From a virus: 64,000 bases of DNA. Shown one piece after another: positions 42,101-45,769 of the stretch (its first letter is position 1; the number at the start of each line of letters is the position of its first letter). The DNA is taken from positions 1 through 64,000 of the IMG/VR virus record IMGVR_UViG_3300025853_000048. One strand, given 5' to 3'. Both the position numbers and the translations under genes were made by a program. Below the pieces are notes generated by a model, which searched no databases, was not told the origin of the DNA, and worked only from the letters and a program-made list of their open reading frames with translations.

Positions 42101-43922
42101 TCCGCAGTTCGTGCCGTTTACGGGCTTTTTCCTGCTCTTTCTCATCATCCCGGGGTTTAAAGTTATCAACCAGTGCTTTTGCCGTCCGCTTGACTTCCTC
42201 CTGCCAGTCTTTAGCTTCCTTTTGGTCGTAATTGCCTTCCGTTTCTCTAAATTTCTTGTAGAGATCCTTGGTGAAATCCTGCTGGTTGGAGATTGATTTT
42301 TGGAATCTTTCCCAATCTTTCTTGCTGGAAAGCTTACGCCGCTCATCCAGTTTTGATTGCTCGGCTTTGGTTTGCTTGTCAAACTTGGTTAGCTTTTCGT
42401 TTGCCTGCTTCTGTCTTGCCTTGAGCTCTTCCTGCTTCTGGAGTTGGAAATCGCGAATCATCGCGTTCTTTTTATCCAGGTCTGCCTGATCTGTGGCTTT
42501 GCCTAAAGAATCGGCAAATTCGGAGACTTCCTTTTTTGCTTCGGCCCCGAAAGCTTCCAACTCCTCGTTGACTGTTTTCAGCATAGCTTCCCGCTTGCTG
42601 TTCCGACCAAGGGCGAATTCGTTAATATTCTTCAGGTTCTCATCCTGCTGAATATACATTTCCCGCAAATCGTCAGCCAGGTTGCTGGATAAAGGATCTT
42701 TTCTCAGATTGGCAATCGCCTTGTCTCGTTGCTCCTCAACCTGATCAATTTTGAGTTGTTCTTTGGTCTTCGATCTACGCTCATTTTGCGCCTTGATCTC
42801 GCCTTTCTCCCGCTCGAGTCTCGCTTTGTTGCGCTCGATCTGGGCAGTTACTTTCTGCCGCTTCGCCGCCAGTTGTGCATTTTCAGCATCCAGTTGTGCC
42901 GCCGATCTGCGCTTGACAGCAGTTTCACGCTCCTCTTTTTCCAGTGCCGCCAACTCAGCCTCCGCAGCTTCGTTTACTGCTGCCTCCCGCTCTCGCAAGT
43001 CGGCCATCCTGGCGGCAGTTTCAGCCCTTCCCGCTTTCTCTATTTCCTTGCGGTCGGTTTCGGTTGTGGCGCCATCCCGGCGAGTACGGAAAATATCGTC
43101 CTCAATCTCCCAGGCTTCTCCCTTTAGTTTCTGGTAACTGGGCTTTAATTTACGATACGCTTCCAGCTTTTCCTTTAGTCGGATGACATCCGGGGTGTAT
43201 TCCTCAGGAGTCCACTCGCCATAGCCTTCATCTTGCCATTCCGCTTCGGAGTTTTCGTGATCATCCTCATCGTAGACAACCCCAAACTCATTGTACCCGA
43301 GTCGTTCAAGTTTGGTCGCCACTTCATCCTTGCGTAGGCGCAACTCCTCCAACGACGCCTTGCTGGCTTCCTCGGCCTTTTTCCGCTGCTCTTCCTGGGC
43401 TTTTTCTGCCTCTAGTTTCTTCCATTCCTTGTCAGTATGTAACCACCTGGAGACTCCATCCACGTCCTTATAGGTTTCGCGCCCGATCTTCTTTGCCTTG
43501 CGCTCAAATTCAATGTTGTAGTGGTCTTTCTCGCGCTTCGCCTTTGCTTTGGCTTCATCTTCTGCAGCTTTGCGTTTGGCTTCCTCTGCCTTTGTTTTAG
43601 CCGCCTGTTTTGACGCCTGTTCGCGCTTCTTGTCTTCCTGCTGCTTGTACCATAGCGAATCATCTGCTGCGTCCTGGCGCTGTTCTCGCGCTATCTCATC
43701 CTGGTAACCGCTCCTGACAAATGAGTTTTGCAGGTCGGAATAGCGAAACGGCATCCCGGAGGCTGCTTTGCCGCTCGGTCTGGTCGTAGAGTTTCCGAAC
43801 AGGGGTTTATGCCCCGTCGTGGATGCTGGTTGGATCGGCTCGGTATCAGGTTGAGATTGCTGATCAAATTTGTCGTCATTGATCAGTCGTTTCTTCGGCT
43901 TGTCGTCGTAGTCGTTGCCCAT
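15135..43922 (-). CDS. giant polyvalent protein (9,595 aa), probable internal virion/ejection protein
   Basis: Uninterrupted 28.8-kb ORF. N-terminal coiled coil; Gly/Ala hydrophobic segments; five HExxH motifs; two LPD23-like units (TGWF...DGKMRWEIPD); two ART-PolyVal-like domains (YH...DG.I...PNQIKSA); two GNATs; DdrB/ParB-like domain (GNGR); N6-MTase (LEPSAGKG, MNPPF); kinase-like domain (GAEH, DIKRDN, FIDP); C-terminal FPFV.TP.N region. Confidence 0.9.
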   Translation of the reverse strand: MGNDYDDKPKKRLINDDKFDQQSQPDTEPIQPASTTGHKPLFGNSTTRPSGKAASGMPFRYSDLQNSFVRSGYQDEIAREQRQDAADDSLWYKQQEDKKREQASKQAAKTKAEEAKRKAAEDEAKAKAKREKDHYNIEFERKAKKIGRETYKDVDGVSRWLHTDKEWKKLEAEKAQEEQRKKAEEASKASLEELRLRKDEVATKLERLGYNEFGVVYDEDDHENSEAEWQDEGYGEWTPEEYTPDVIRLKEKLEAYRKLKPSYQKLKGEAWEIEDDIFRTRRDGATTETDRKEIEKAGRAETAARMADLREREAAVNEAAEAELAALEKEERETAVKRRSAAQLDAENAQLAAKRQKVTAQIERNKARLEREKGEIKAQNERRSKTKEQLKIDQVEEQRDKAIANLRKDPLSSNLADDLREMYIQQDENLKNINEFALGRNSKREAMLKTVNEELEAFGAEAKKEVSEFADSLGKATDQADLDKKNAMIRDFQLQKQEELKARQKQANEKLTKFDKQTKAEQSKLDERRKLSSKKDWERFQKSISNQQDFTKDLYKKFRETEGNYDQKEAKDWQEEVKRTAKALVDNFKPRDDEKEQEKARKRHELRIKHAEELAEKYNIPRTQKDRIVRDLQERHSGWLPGQKVRELQSGNLQLNVGSLNLFDTPALDAELSKLTDDPEKIEQAKAEFEHARNISAPKVAEALRKISVRGVNTDVPIGLTGFLKFEQNNPHESEAELIEAYLDQQNLSEKAIQWVLAAAGSAVGEFEMILRGVAGGITGKEEWLTGANETSEEFSALVQSGAIGGGVSQVANEFVSEVFSELPSMIFSLGAATAVSSVGKKVLKKKIGSELTKKIGKDAAEEQIEKQVSKWAARSGFATAMGEAGSASFGIAVSRSYKQGIEKGMSHADALDHAVGVGVVQGLTSSAIVGAFGATGELAVLNKFKRKAGDLDMPAFAKWAKNNPDVDAKFLNYVRSPEFWDSAAEGFAKHGFPEIIEEGFDEGKEEAIQGFMDDGRVNWDQVIDGVWMGAGIGGAIGSGAAGLSGISSIIGDAPQIREQQINERARSIAEMVKQAMLSGEQLKSELSGDPGDVFDRINEYVEPDEFIQQEEIEAAQRLVGDIASYGSRDAEAEIDKLLQEYQGKAEDDIEGKKAVVERIEEIEADRLTQIRQSVKMAAGFSAEIEGAINAAKDAATEAKQAEEADPEGNAGAYKRAMANYIATLQAAAAVRIGADNKAVNLDHPALKSPVGHLNSPVYEIVDSPEGPVPVITEEAHDQAKAIFPEAAEAFLTMDYETAKAKFSAPAEQEVEAEPETDPKSTEEEEKTVADSTLEQDADDANSSIASPEEVSTGGESLSSDGGGDYWSVSSLTGDQTFTVPTSIASSSKEALRKVAPQIPGDETINPYDYDITLVRADQVAAPAKKKPKAKKPKTPAPQKDETLSSIKKINRAIGNQSAMLDTLKASGVRVIVAQNKAHGEALLGRSLSRKGTGVTVTDSDGNPAIVIFEDQNKRRSVAQIERTIFHEGVHAAQRVFAADNPELIDAASKAFDPRSPQYDKVLHGLMLKEYNGFDGLTPAKKVSEATRAIIEGKFNGRTSSPHFRRYLKKFLNWIYNNLDENPALRELTDGIESVIKPKRKEPTERKRPKQKQAYPKPKGNKVPDPLPEKRDYIVPNDQGTDDLAVAIDEIPPTYQKKAEKVAEVIELEVAKYGERAFPGGIVYGPIEEIQQVGLEEVASGTAMSVRKLPNGDVALKVDLGWLARSGYSQERIAVLLSEELIHQAALEELSIREAKELWRALPEDIKREVERSYFISRLKGVPKQYREDALEAVEIIDQEVARSESLDISDEFIDQVAKGTPEIITYLKQYLGHEPVDRFSSLKKGDFLGAHEFHRMIIQDKEFAGRVTEIEGIEYMMPVIIRWLKQVAQNLSRMITEIKDPETKAMAIDQRKRIVKRLNQMRQAAGPDLDAKTPSLAENIEIHAAKGAKPKFPKGISSASMFDALLNLAGDTDRPAGKRYLSFLTNTTKERPEAYARLNEAGEYEITEAGQKVVDEWKGEESGSKAPSTKKPKSKQVPITPETFAKNITFLQESFDGKADDDQLFDAYKRNYSTHLVGNRQDFQRRLDEMRNPEVVEEAQVDDKTAEFRTAVANAKAKMREMDKSKTVPKAVMKSMRASFNSLIKTVFADEAKGITGRSINHIDASTAEVQRKFFIQLQTAYRHAENDETRELINEMFRDAGFIEIGAEGEVVSADPGLHAGESNVVRGEKVRVIRPGWNMHDGVGEFQPMKAIVEPVEAATTAGKKGVVAETVPPTTTGIAKASSQAESSYTPPRNLGKKEVSDQDKRETARKKLQEQAGGKTPQTADLNDPKSVNAAVREMVTFLETGDRENDAALGMVTAHFLNNVASLKPNRQKAVFQRLKRMTDKKEGVLTQYAGETAAIPEVMQDTLETAKAMAAAGKSAKEIRAVTGWFPGRYDGKMRWEIPDKGASFKDGVSDSATVYNVVDSRGNEVSGYDDQAGADAEVTKLNKLDSGYTVRPVQSDYTRATFVSDILDHPELYEAYPDVGNVDLIITIGPDVKDEGGEFQPYENRESEGLFDLQPQITVRAKNKEDALSTLIHEIQHWIQEEEGFAKGGNFQNNIRNYKETVDDLNRYVMYLNEEMSLASKEGNKERYDYLMGERSEYVARIQEIEGPDGIGAAEKGFADYQRTAGEIEARDTQGRLTYDAKVRALVEPYDIENIAKEEAIILFSKDEHGDPQGFYDRSQNLIGLIQGKANESTIMHEVAHMSRELLKGTDLGSELNAAYGIATDEWTDDQEEVFARHVERYMRDGDFPDGLPDRLKAALAKVAEVIRGIYAQLAGSPIHNDIPAEVRKVLDEIMLLGEEKATAPEPKPDLEVQPGMTGRERAELLEPQLPEDPDMEWIATSGLKHGSRTITKIGWNPVTGAMRVVYESDRNQTYSYVNIPPTLMQNLRQKQANRNEAIERRNAILAELDPTTRAKAEDTLKGVEKSIWDSVKNLPIIAEAKAKLDSIMDKMANLFRRNKTSPEELKRQAKNNIKALEEEYHHQISKPDLVGRLHKALDFLPEDMRQQLIIEEVAIIQSNSIGSYFYDAVSRTDAYYDENWMNQRKAAGRDFQPDIEGMPAREAEVLIDYLSSLDATPRDKGAIEDALKKQRPGEKASQLTYLLDMIDQGYVPTDEKGKTRLALPGESKQIAQAKRNLNKAPAALAEYLTGGKQAAPTPKPKTDANPDDFASGDLDLDTLSKPKRKKAKAKDASSTAGTITDTLSKKKFTPKQQQEYERISAGLTELSRKLGLAKTDDEINALTDLAGALIAGAQKLRKEAGLSEAEFSIEALAQVPDKVRKARGRDTLKQVDEERDREYLAAVEAGDLNTVERLIDEAAKEAGYNIGPAYHGTSHAENIEVFNDFSYFTDDWWNADGYASGERVYDVYLKMETPLVIDAKGEKWDELSSEHGSSTQDVVRNFDDTKYDGIIFEDIGDSWMDDAEAGSSTVYVTTNPNQIKSADPVTYDKDGEVIPLSQRFDSDKDSILYQFAGENAEVPQFMADSLETAKAMAAAGRDSETIRAATGWFPGKYDGKMRWEIPDEGAKIYDEVLDLLKNGDTEEVELRDLLDHTALFEAYPEIGKIPVSLKDGIDAVYINIGGKERISIGAQGRGLSSLLHEIQHAIQHREGFARGSSPLEHRQGMQMADEDFDRLNKEVSRKFMVTKYFESAEENGTTPVEELRKRHELRIKHAEELAEKYKRRSAAQLDAENAQLAAKKYSRLADREIDPRELELTEMMSDIDEAREWYQHEKEKYEKEREKRIFAPDRDYRRTAGEIEARDVQSRANLTAEQRAAIAPYSSENIAPEDAILLQRGGKGRAIKGFYRRADNLIGLIEGKADAITLLHEIIHLDRELLKGTEIGNRLNEFYGEATDDWSPESEEKFAEHAEEYFRRGKFPQGASDKIKEAFRVVKEIARNLYAHLKGELPNEIRDIFDEIIIAGSGDHMERRSVNDIKAGNSKEYVAERDKARAATTRERQKKAKSEDQQRAERHAEAIERDKQEAPRRKKLAGLRRKYAKAKTSEMKLELIEQAEQAGFSKSDIDDNYDPSQGTYSVVDKDLDELRQKFKPINVYTGLLKGKDDEVLQRLVHEGEESLDEADKQYLIDEGFAVYEGGETQESFPTENGIADYPNRPAVDAEIAKVATRLSDNPGSMVSLGELVPIVMDQGFSKREVEDGLYRIYQRGEGNLTLHDQQSYISDSEREFALKLGVDDMHLFAIGRRAKKPSDKELRQYEEFHRKVDGRNIPMGPATNEEPGTKNEERGSLLPLDWQGKPLAQDPQDTTEKTVDIRHAEELKKWINGEDLSPEEYDQLLDLRILVVDMGDADTPSQLQRSKEGEADGLMINPALEKFILGDRSQETMEVVSNELKLLKTGYSIHAAKTGKSERPDGLNAAQVRAMMAIGEGKKGHPGSAKVLANNGIIYKKKFEKDGTQELTAEGRKKFEAQKRALEGEPPKAETRKPKAKKKVAEEKPDTLTKSKRTTDSAGNTKLIAWDKHSQSDEQWKRGVEYAEKQLPEWKNTARTTGVGSHYVEGLNRDLDKVNSMLNMVREKVRNFSSSANVRPNKNLFFWVGVKDYLDNVESKLLADISAESERYNALPVESQRIEDAVQFWEEKERRDGKSYQDKINEIKGETGKDFEDAEEKRLGEGAAIFAKSAPGKKLELWSDNPRKALPKSASEVAHRKRLGDLFSITSRYNELKTDKAKSELLKKTGGWLSIYEVEAAIESYKDRLVNITGVDLSEDSKRHPGPHPGVTKYPNVGEVIYYDPTGSSIFRSVEVTNDLGNGIFSGTIVEPGPKELIGQIVEMDLSEVAVQTPKKKTAAKKTDPIALAEQAIETYAGSLKLQKEAGRIADLSHQEASKDEGLKGAFFSRVAEVMFALRRTQVGDVVSVRNDKDRVIEELLGYSEASIGKEGVEAQDFISKVFMVDKGQKREADWDDVNAPNKLAPITEEQVQRLEEFAQTKSKKTAKAGKHPGNTGVFDLDESVFEEEGSIKLSEDGFRASIRDEKDVEVGYVTAGEYEGKVRIHKSTLQGIHQGKKLGIKAYQAIIDKAHEDGKDVMSDNYVSEPAYRVYEALSRRGYDVDLSNAQKGTKSGRTVYTPINYKKPAVTVRKPNTGQKSPADGAKSPDVADIDGTISTGTPNGAKATFRYRVVDATDLDGMIEAEINADQTRQRSGNRSSMEQIERIASSIDPDFLLDSRKANDGAPVVSGGSVIAGNGRSSGIRLAYERGNAMAYETAVRDFAQEEGINLAGVKQPVLIREVIEFTSGDQRSFVVESNPKQGGLGESVSEQALLDAEAIGYSTLSGLRFNVNNQLTADSLRAVATKLEQSARGITRTQSGEFDQAEASRRVMAAFVTRLVEKAGKDSADVTAILESDGGKRIVSAVAKVAPELAKLDDDLSLAGDVVEAILSLRSGMHAVEQGNFRNLSDWLTNRKAELVSEPLSEIGQLLLDDLVTSTKLKKDRSSNEFPFDETLREYLTFAQREQKNRDDASQTEDIFNDERQDQSPETYFAKINRIAGFPETGAAEKTLAESTKEGEEGELSQQSPFQKLSDDFDAIEAEIKIAVSRSKAITNEQRKEARKKLVTLSKQMLTKTVPDAIRELETLGTEEAAKLEEELFLNAAELTASAVGLIPGPVGMVADAIGTGIDIKQRDPVGALLGIASAFELDLIAKPVKFKRGLEAMSETIKALKSMKTSLDSVENVKTIVAATRKDKTNQTEINDNADMFQVAGVEEDFSLVGEQTVETEFEAPDTRTDAEKDAEVGQEQLFDEKPKTKKQIFEDRKKALDAAFLSGRQKFLDAVTTDEQRQEEIDIIQNETKRQSGLIAKSDIDLDLAVAVVETYGEKGWDTPLFVLGLKNTPRNKQYWTAGVQRVSEPYDKGEYFEEIGFDPTQSIQSQVGLPESAGKTMWVDLKRQRGREGFGLKWGKTEMVEIKGMPQNARIAEPNNSFWEAWRTDKAGMKSQGYHVRKENGEWQVLDTSVTENISVKDAVGRDIPAVDYFKDGRKRVYEVRERKGSKFVNVLIGSIGDNPTTEWVPMLPNAEIEVFKPGMTPDKQREQDRKRKDQNSNKTESKGLPESESKQAPPGRTKPTETIIFAKPIPVSDGSKIVSYEWRWTGGVKYDAYEGGLVDARVSDFDNAELSDRTGRKLVHLFSVETKDGKTEIVSLEDALGLLKGDKAFKSIASMIKTRAKNKMKAELLEAQMDQLETERDAARKAEYQVEEKEPFGPVKKEGGKALEVTDINGRKQWVNYGTGFGPDTREEAIANGKSLISGGYNMETDKLRRDIRNIKERIHMVDQKIQQKSAEVAESQTPEASKQADSIPAVDSLENLLEFNGQIIDGKVTADQVREAWSQYKENEDAIEAELAKLTMKKLARFQGYRKPDNKADAVRTAHENLQGIFNPGESLSYSFGSDWKKARREQMDKAVEKWTDEKIQSDFQERQEKKAAKEKALTNPETLDEWEQFVYKQGTAELTQDEIKELNAIRSPYEARKRIMDRGENRLSPEQLVQFDEIRGINRKELEQAQKESKVSVTGVKTDTETSIEKTVHTKHGHDLFVVKLADRVDKDVYRSLNAAAKKLGGYYSRYSKDGAIPGFQFKTMEAARQFEAVVKGETVDATEQEQEKETAANSKTAERFRSMADRMDKTADEALNQDRRQNTARQARMAAGAESKARGQKAFATTLRNLADAIESGKATHLDGIKAASHIETLYKLAEQAKGEAQRERDGGWKEDHSNEPATPDQMAKAKYPTVYIDKSTLMQMVEAGRNTKGAKMLANKVAKISMNRHDGQSLETSNAQDIENIRELAKKTRNDRGKTYWDDIAWKFEDYDRTKRMGIDDLVALRAALREFLEYKGAKTQEDPAKARERALIGRKIDGFFPTPKPIIEDMIERAGIGGGDRVLEPSAGKGDIAESLVEAGAEVDAIEIDSTLRDILEDKEINLVSRDFTTFETDQPYDAVIMNPPFENGQDMQHVQRAYEMVKPGGKVVAVMSASPFFGETKSKKEFREWLDSVGGEYEQLPEGSFKGQESFRQTGVNTYLVEITKPSKKESEPTKFKPGTVWNSTKTDTNQLEETEQGTQLYSAAAPMAGWNDESYERVIPRDFFNESKLLTLMGKIADWQNRGMLSDRFVIDHSGDFTPALSESGEMYDASTRFYFDGEPVELLMSYNAGKNDPFPFTFTHQGLDLWSEEVFDENGGMSESFSEIFGGSGSNRNDIGEELYQQGNFLKQMGILGLKHVDMLLHPEFTLEPVAGTGFGLEVSGNEVSARNLESSFKGDDVDFYTKGDDLYFDFKDTSAPVFKNKKGELSNEFSRLFGYPNADPQDIDANIHLQELMNEWEKEGIDSYISEHRGIITLSKIVVPENQRGQGIGTAKMEQLQGLASSMGMTIALTPDTVHGASSKKRLETFYKNLGFVRNTGRNKDFRTMESMIWDPESSPQLYSAATPLRGTQTNDKLSNHGQDTQTIRQARQTLRETPRQDRTPEETFRARRKAERAEDQRVLRAAAESGQIRVRDDLSSRYEELFDDPSMAGAEHQVGVDPNDSSRVLKIAHAPGFGFGLNNFQDLIGYFDRLEAANTLLGSGFRFEGVILHDGGYRVVISQPAHDPRVARKSKKADWEKAVAAKMAEIGFTSEGEGRWRKGDLQIRDIKRDNVFLIDGQLHFIDPIIISDREEEAVFDRDDEFVARGSGNQGAALYSAASTRETPMHEVWVEHPSGFQAKRKIEVGYYRFGKPKKGKASFNHLSQKSEKGVSVYKGFRDADGELFLLDGQGEETDMGEVIVTQDYLSGSDLPIYRVSGIPLSNSGADNEILLDPSTLGIEEELGGDALAESGNYPEFNFEDTESLLDKEPVIEIIKSDKGYQVAFDGVVEFPDYYNDTLKMAQNDAKSEYEHRIFIQERSKRTNPALYSAASSGQPANPGVSSPQMSNNDAARGEVDPSRAANERDQETEPLPEGQDLLMRLRSDDRESVIDQFASLWRDHPNMIRPTMENSEKFLGDPFAVAIYKNKKRAVVWDIEYKPHFFFGGIDITDSVDNSASTAEGRVIGEVFQDINNRDPEQVKRKAEEKERRDFLRHRQTRLANIPELSDDFDTALQELVDWAESFDEFDEALSPSLFDISRRNLTRLGRARMGLPGERDDYYNAGSGEVTIYRAAPQGVEIEAGDWVSFKKEYAGSHESNSENSQTTSLEVDGSEVYSDLAGEDEWVYVPEGTWGDFQNIREVYDSLKTPDQSPQLYSAASVPARDRNARHAELEAKHNAGTITEEETAESQRLVDEAAKDAGFTNGPWYHWSDYDFDTFDLRDVEGAHFGNLSAARDIAKGRDNVEFEIEHDTEDNTYWVWSSEDNDGRGPFKTEEEAQEFVDKQPKTLDPLKVFLKTDNLVRMPDLGTWGAWDIIQNLPEGTLSDSEIDQIMDADFTYQELQRALLAKGIDGVIYENEVESIGDESVFVLSPNQIKSADPFTGVPLSERFNDQSESILFSAAAPTQTEPRPHDPIEMSYELFTMPISPSSRLWTTSDLVTIRFSTEVDGVKPIVWAKRFNTREEAEKFVEDNMAKGSTFQRISTSGHTGLIVASFGEPDENLMSDIEDEDQGQRLSNLIQQINRLTFRHRDEDGMVFELQEHEVEELDDAKMAAGQFAQHVNDPEVSAALKEIAESTEPNLSLYSAATAAANQMNQPVNLDDLPANDRESHEKWDDAARERVAQGDRAQLLSELLDTIRQPVASVGKDAANQLTLTKPVDIKVAQILLPQVMADALASGNQAAIDDAMLLAYSVSDAVNRGDPHTNKRERQLDRYARILARPRVAQRAEINDRGITQDERLRRARRINRERLALMNKAVSKMPGITGMQDVFDSSKFDPTNEVQITRLINYSNAAMGNIIDSFTEYMQSAMLSGVGTQAMNIFANVANFGLEHVIQRRMEAALNLIIKDPSGPQIGEFKYMRKAWPKAVKAAISFAARTVQAQDGNILESEITAQSDVEHGGKVDVIRTAIGGRWGEIARTSFRILSTMDVFFQSLGNHLDVWAQAYRLGKAKGLTGNALEKFMAGEVRIFGSDAWVLANEFGKSITSQDEIKRKKDGGNLADHAVRKLLDFKQDTGAGTMAKLGLTIIFPFVSTPYNLTKKTLRRTGFNLLPVLGKMGWAATVKGSNGKTFIEQYNGDTPGLFLRDVADQAIAAIGLLILSALGEGEDDDEDKLISITGTRAFGVEDKNSLELLNRMKGGPMMVLWKGKPVFSYAKLDPVSGIIAGLVDLNRSVTGLRNGEDIASIFNDVIGRAQYNISEGTPLSGVNALTSLLGGAGRKEPSDLVAEIPENLSRMIMPNFIPQTIRNADPYKRDTKGMDWKARTLNAVSGGVRAPKKVDLDGKPVEKTGKWFSRQFLAAGIKPNEETRRADTLAKNWNDANPNEKWYPYLTSTRTYKDPRTGETVKLTSLQQNELKRMRGVAVKRALRGVSESAAKNPKERDKERLKKRISDAQSAARKSFFRRGGRPPSDAEIKKRQDARG
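21116..21280 (-). CDS. candidate nested 54-aa ORF in an alternative frame of the giant gene
   Basis: Preceded by TTGCGT(21317)-N17-TAAACT(21294, TGn-extended)-N8-ATG, the same geometry as other promoters in the window. Confidence 0.4.
   Translation of the reverse strand: MDKTPKPSAKHGKPFAKHLARIEHRRKRSEPDARPSERKTSESSGPRQKADKSA
32547..32654. repeat. 108-bp composite of exact copies of 42861-42915 and 42067-42122
   Basis: Direct nucleotide comparison: 55 bp and 56 bp identical, sharing TTG at their junction. Confidence 0.95.
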
Positions 43923-43950
43923 GGCTTGATTTCAGTGAATGGAAAATAGC

Positions 43951-43985
43951 GAAATACTCCGATCAAATTTTGACCGGAGTATTTC
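43951..43985. promoter_or_regulatory. 35-bp inverted repeat just upstream of the giant gene
   Basis: GAAATACTCCG-atcaaattttgac-CGGAGTATTTC. Confidence 0.6.
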
Positions 43986-44252
43986 TGAGGGGAGTTATGT
44001 GGGGAAATTGGAAATGTTTAGTGCGGTGAAAGGTGGAGCTCCGTGTCAAATTTCGTCGTCAGAGATTATCAGTTTGGGATCCCTGATCAAAGTTCGTCGG
44101 TTCTTGGCTTTCTTCTTGGCCATCGCTTTCTTTTTGCGCTTCTTCAGCGGCATTGGCAGCGGCAGGCCGAGGCGGGAAAAATGCTTCGGCATGAACTCCG
44201 GGTCGTTATCCCGGAGAGTGACAGCGTTGGTTCCTGTGTGGTTATCCATAAC

Positions 44253-45128
44253 TTACAGTTTTGCGAAAAGATCCCTCCGGGCGTTTACCTTCTTCTGTGA
44301 TTTAGGCGCATCTTTCTGACGTGAATCCATGGTCGAATCCCACACGCTGGAGAAGCGGTTTTCTGCGGTCGCGTAGTCTTTCTTTTTCTGGGCTTTCGCC
44401 TTATCGCGTTCAGCGATCTTTTTATATTCAGCGTCAATCTTGGCTTGCGTGCCGGCACTTACTCCGGACCGCTTGGCTAATACCCCCTGGTTGCCTTTTT
44501 TACCTGTGTCGGCGTCTCCAGGAGTTTCCATGAAACCTTCCTTTTTACCTGGCGGCAGGTCTTCGGGCTTTTCTTTCCCGGGTTGCGGTTTAGCGGCCTG
44601 ACCGGCTGCTGGTAAACCCAGCCTGCCATTGTTGTCCTGCATCTCGCGATTGGATCGCACATCCAGCATGTTGGCTCGATTCTCGTATTTCTTGCGAACC
44701 GAGTCATGCAGGTTTGCGTACATGCTCCGGGCCTTCTCCTCTGCCTGTCCCTGGTTCAACCCTTTAAATGGGCCTTCCCGGTAGATGAATCCAGGCTTCT
44801 TACTGCCGCCTTTCATCCGCGGGGTTCCGCTCAACGCCAATCCACGGGAAAGGAACGCCTCAAACCCGCCCGCACGGCGGTTTTGGGATGGTGGAATCAG
44901 CGGTTTTGCTGCCGCTGGCTTATCTGCCGCTGGCTTATCTGCCGCTGGCTTATCTGCAACGGCGGCTTGCTGACCCTGGCCTGTCGGCGCGTTCTGGCTC
45001 ATAGGCTTCGGGGCTTGCGGCGATCTGCCAGACGACATGATCGAAAAGCTGGTGCCGCCTTTGGGTTCTGAAATGCCCGATGCGGCCATTTCCTCAGGAG
45101 TCATTTTCTTTTTAGGGAGTTGATACAT
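44253..45128 (-). CDS. basic low-complexity protein, possible internal virion protein
   Basis: 291 aa, Lys/Ala/Gly/Pro-rich, ADKPA x3 (15-bp tandem repeat); upstream of the giant gene. Confidence 0.65.
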   Translation of the reverse strand: MYQLPKKKMTPEEMAASGISEPKGGTSFSIMSSGRSPQAPKPMSQNAPTGQGQQAAVADKPAADKPAADKPAAAKPLIPPSQNRRAGGFEAFLSRGLALSGTPRMKGGSKKPGFIYREGPFKGLNQGQAEEKARSMYANLHDSVRKKYENRANMLDVRSNREMQDNNGRLGLPAAGQAAKPQPGKEKPEDLPPGKKEGFMETPGDADTGKKGNQGVLAKRSGVSAGTQAKIDAEYKKIAERDKAKAQKKKDYATAENRFSSVWDSTMDSRQKDAPKSQKKVNARRDLFAKL

Positions 45129-45146
45129 AGTGGATGGGAGTAAAAT

Positions 45147-45536
45147 CTAACTTGCCGGGGCCAGTGATCCGCCGTTTTCCAGGGTTTCGCGGATATGAGC
45201 CATCAACGCGTCTGCCTGTCGGCGACCCATAGCACTCATCGATGCAATCTTCGCCCGGAGCTCCTGGATACGTGCTACACGGTTCTGCTGTTCGCTCCGA
45301 TTGCGTTCCAGGGCTTCCTGATCCCGCATGATGGCGTGGACCTGCTCCTGATTCTCGAGACGGGCAATCCGCTCTTGGTTGATTCGGATTTCCCAGGCCA
45401 TCTTCCGCTTATTGAACTTCGGCGGACCTTTGATAAACTTACTCCGAGTGGAGTAAGAATCAGTGTGGCGGATATGGAGCTTCTTCGCCTTTCGGCGGGC
45501 TTTATGACGGGCGCGGTATTGTTGGCTTTTCGACAT
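45147..45536 (-). CDS. hypothetical basic coiled-coil protein
   Basis: 129-aa ORF; TTGATT-N17-TAAAAA-N8-ATG upstream. Confidence 0.6.
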   Translation of the reverse strand: MSKSQQYRARHKARRKAKKLHIRHTDSYSTRSKFIKGPPKFNKRKMAWEIRINQERIARLENQEQVHAIMRDQEALERNRSEQQNRVARIQELRAKIASMSAMGRRQADALMAHIRETLENGGSLAPAS

Positions 45537-45769
45537 ACAACCGCTTTTTAGAGCGAGTTAGCCGAATAATCAAAACCGTGGCAACAGGTGGTTCAATATG
45601 AGAGAGTTAAATATTGCCCCCTTTGATTTTTGAAAGCAATAATGGAGGATTTGATATACCTACCTACCTATCATGATGGCTTGATCTATGCCTATGCCGC
45701 TAGTTTGAAAACAATTTCACTTCCTCGCCGTTGAAGATGTAAATTCCCTTCTCCGGCATCACTTTCTCA

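Noticed and set aside
15406-43473. Many plus-strand ORFs of 60-350 aa opposite the giant gene and structural genes
   Set aside because: They are antisense shadows of long coding frames, with no recognisable motifs, promoters or operon context.
44910-44958. 15-bp tandem repeat encoding ADKPA x3
   Set aside because: Ordinary in-frame low-complexity linker expansion.
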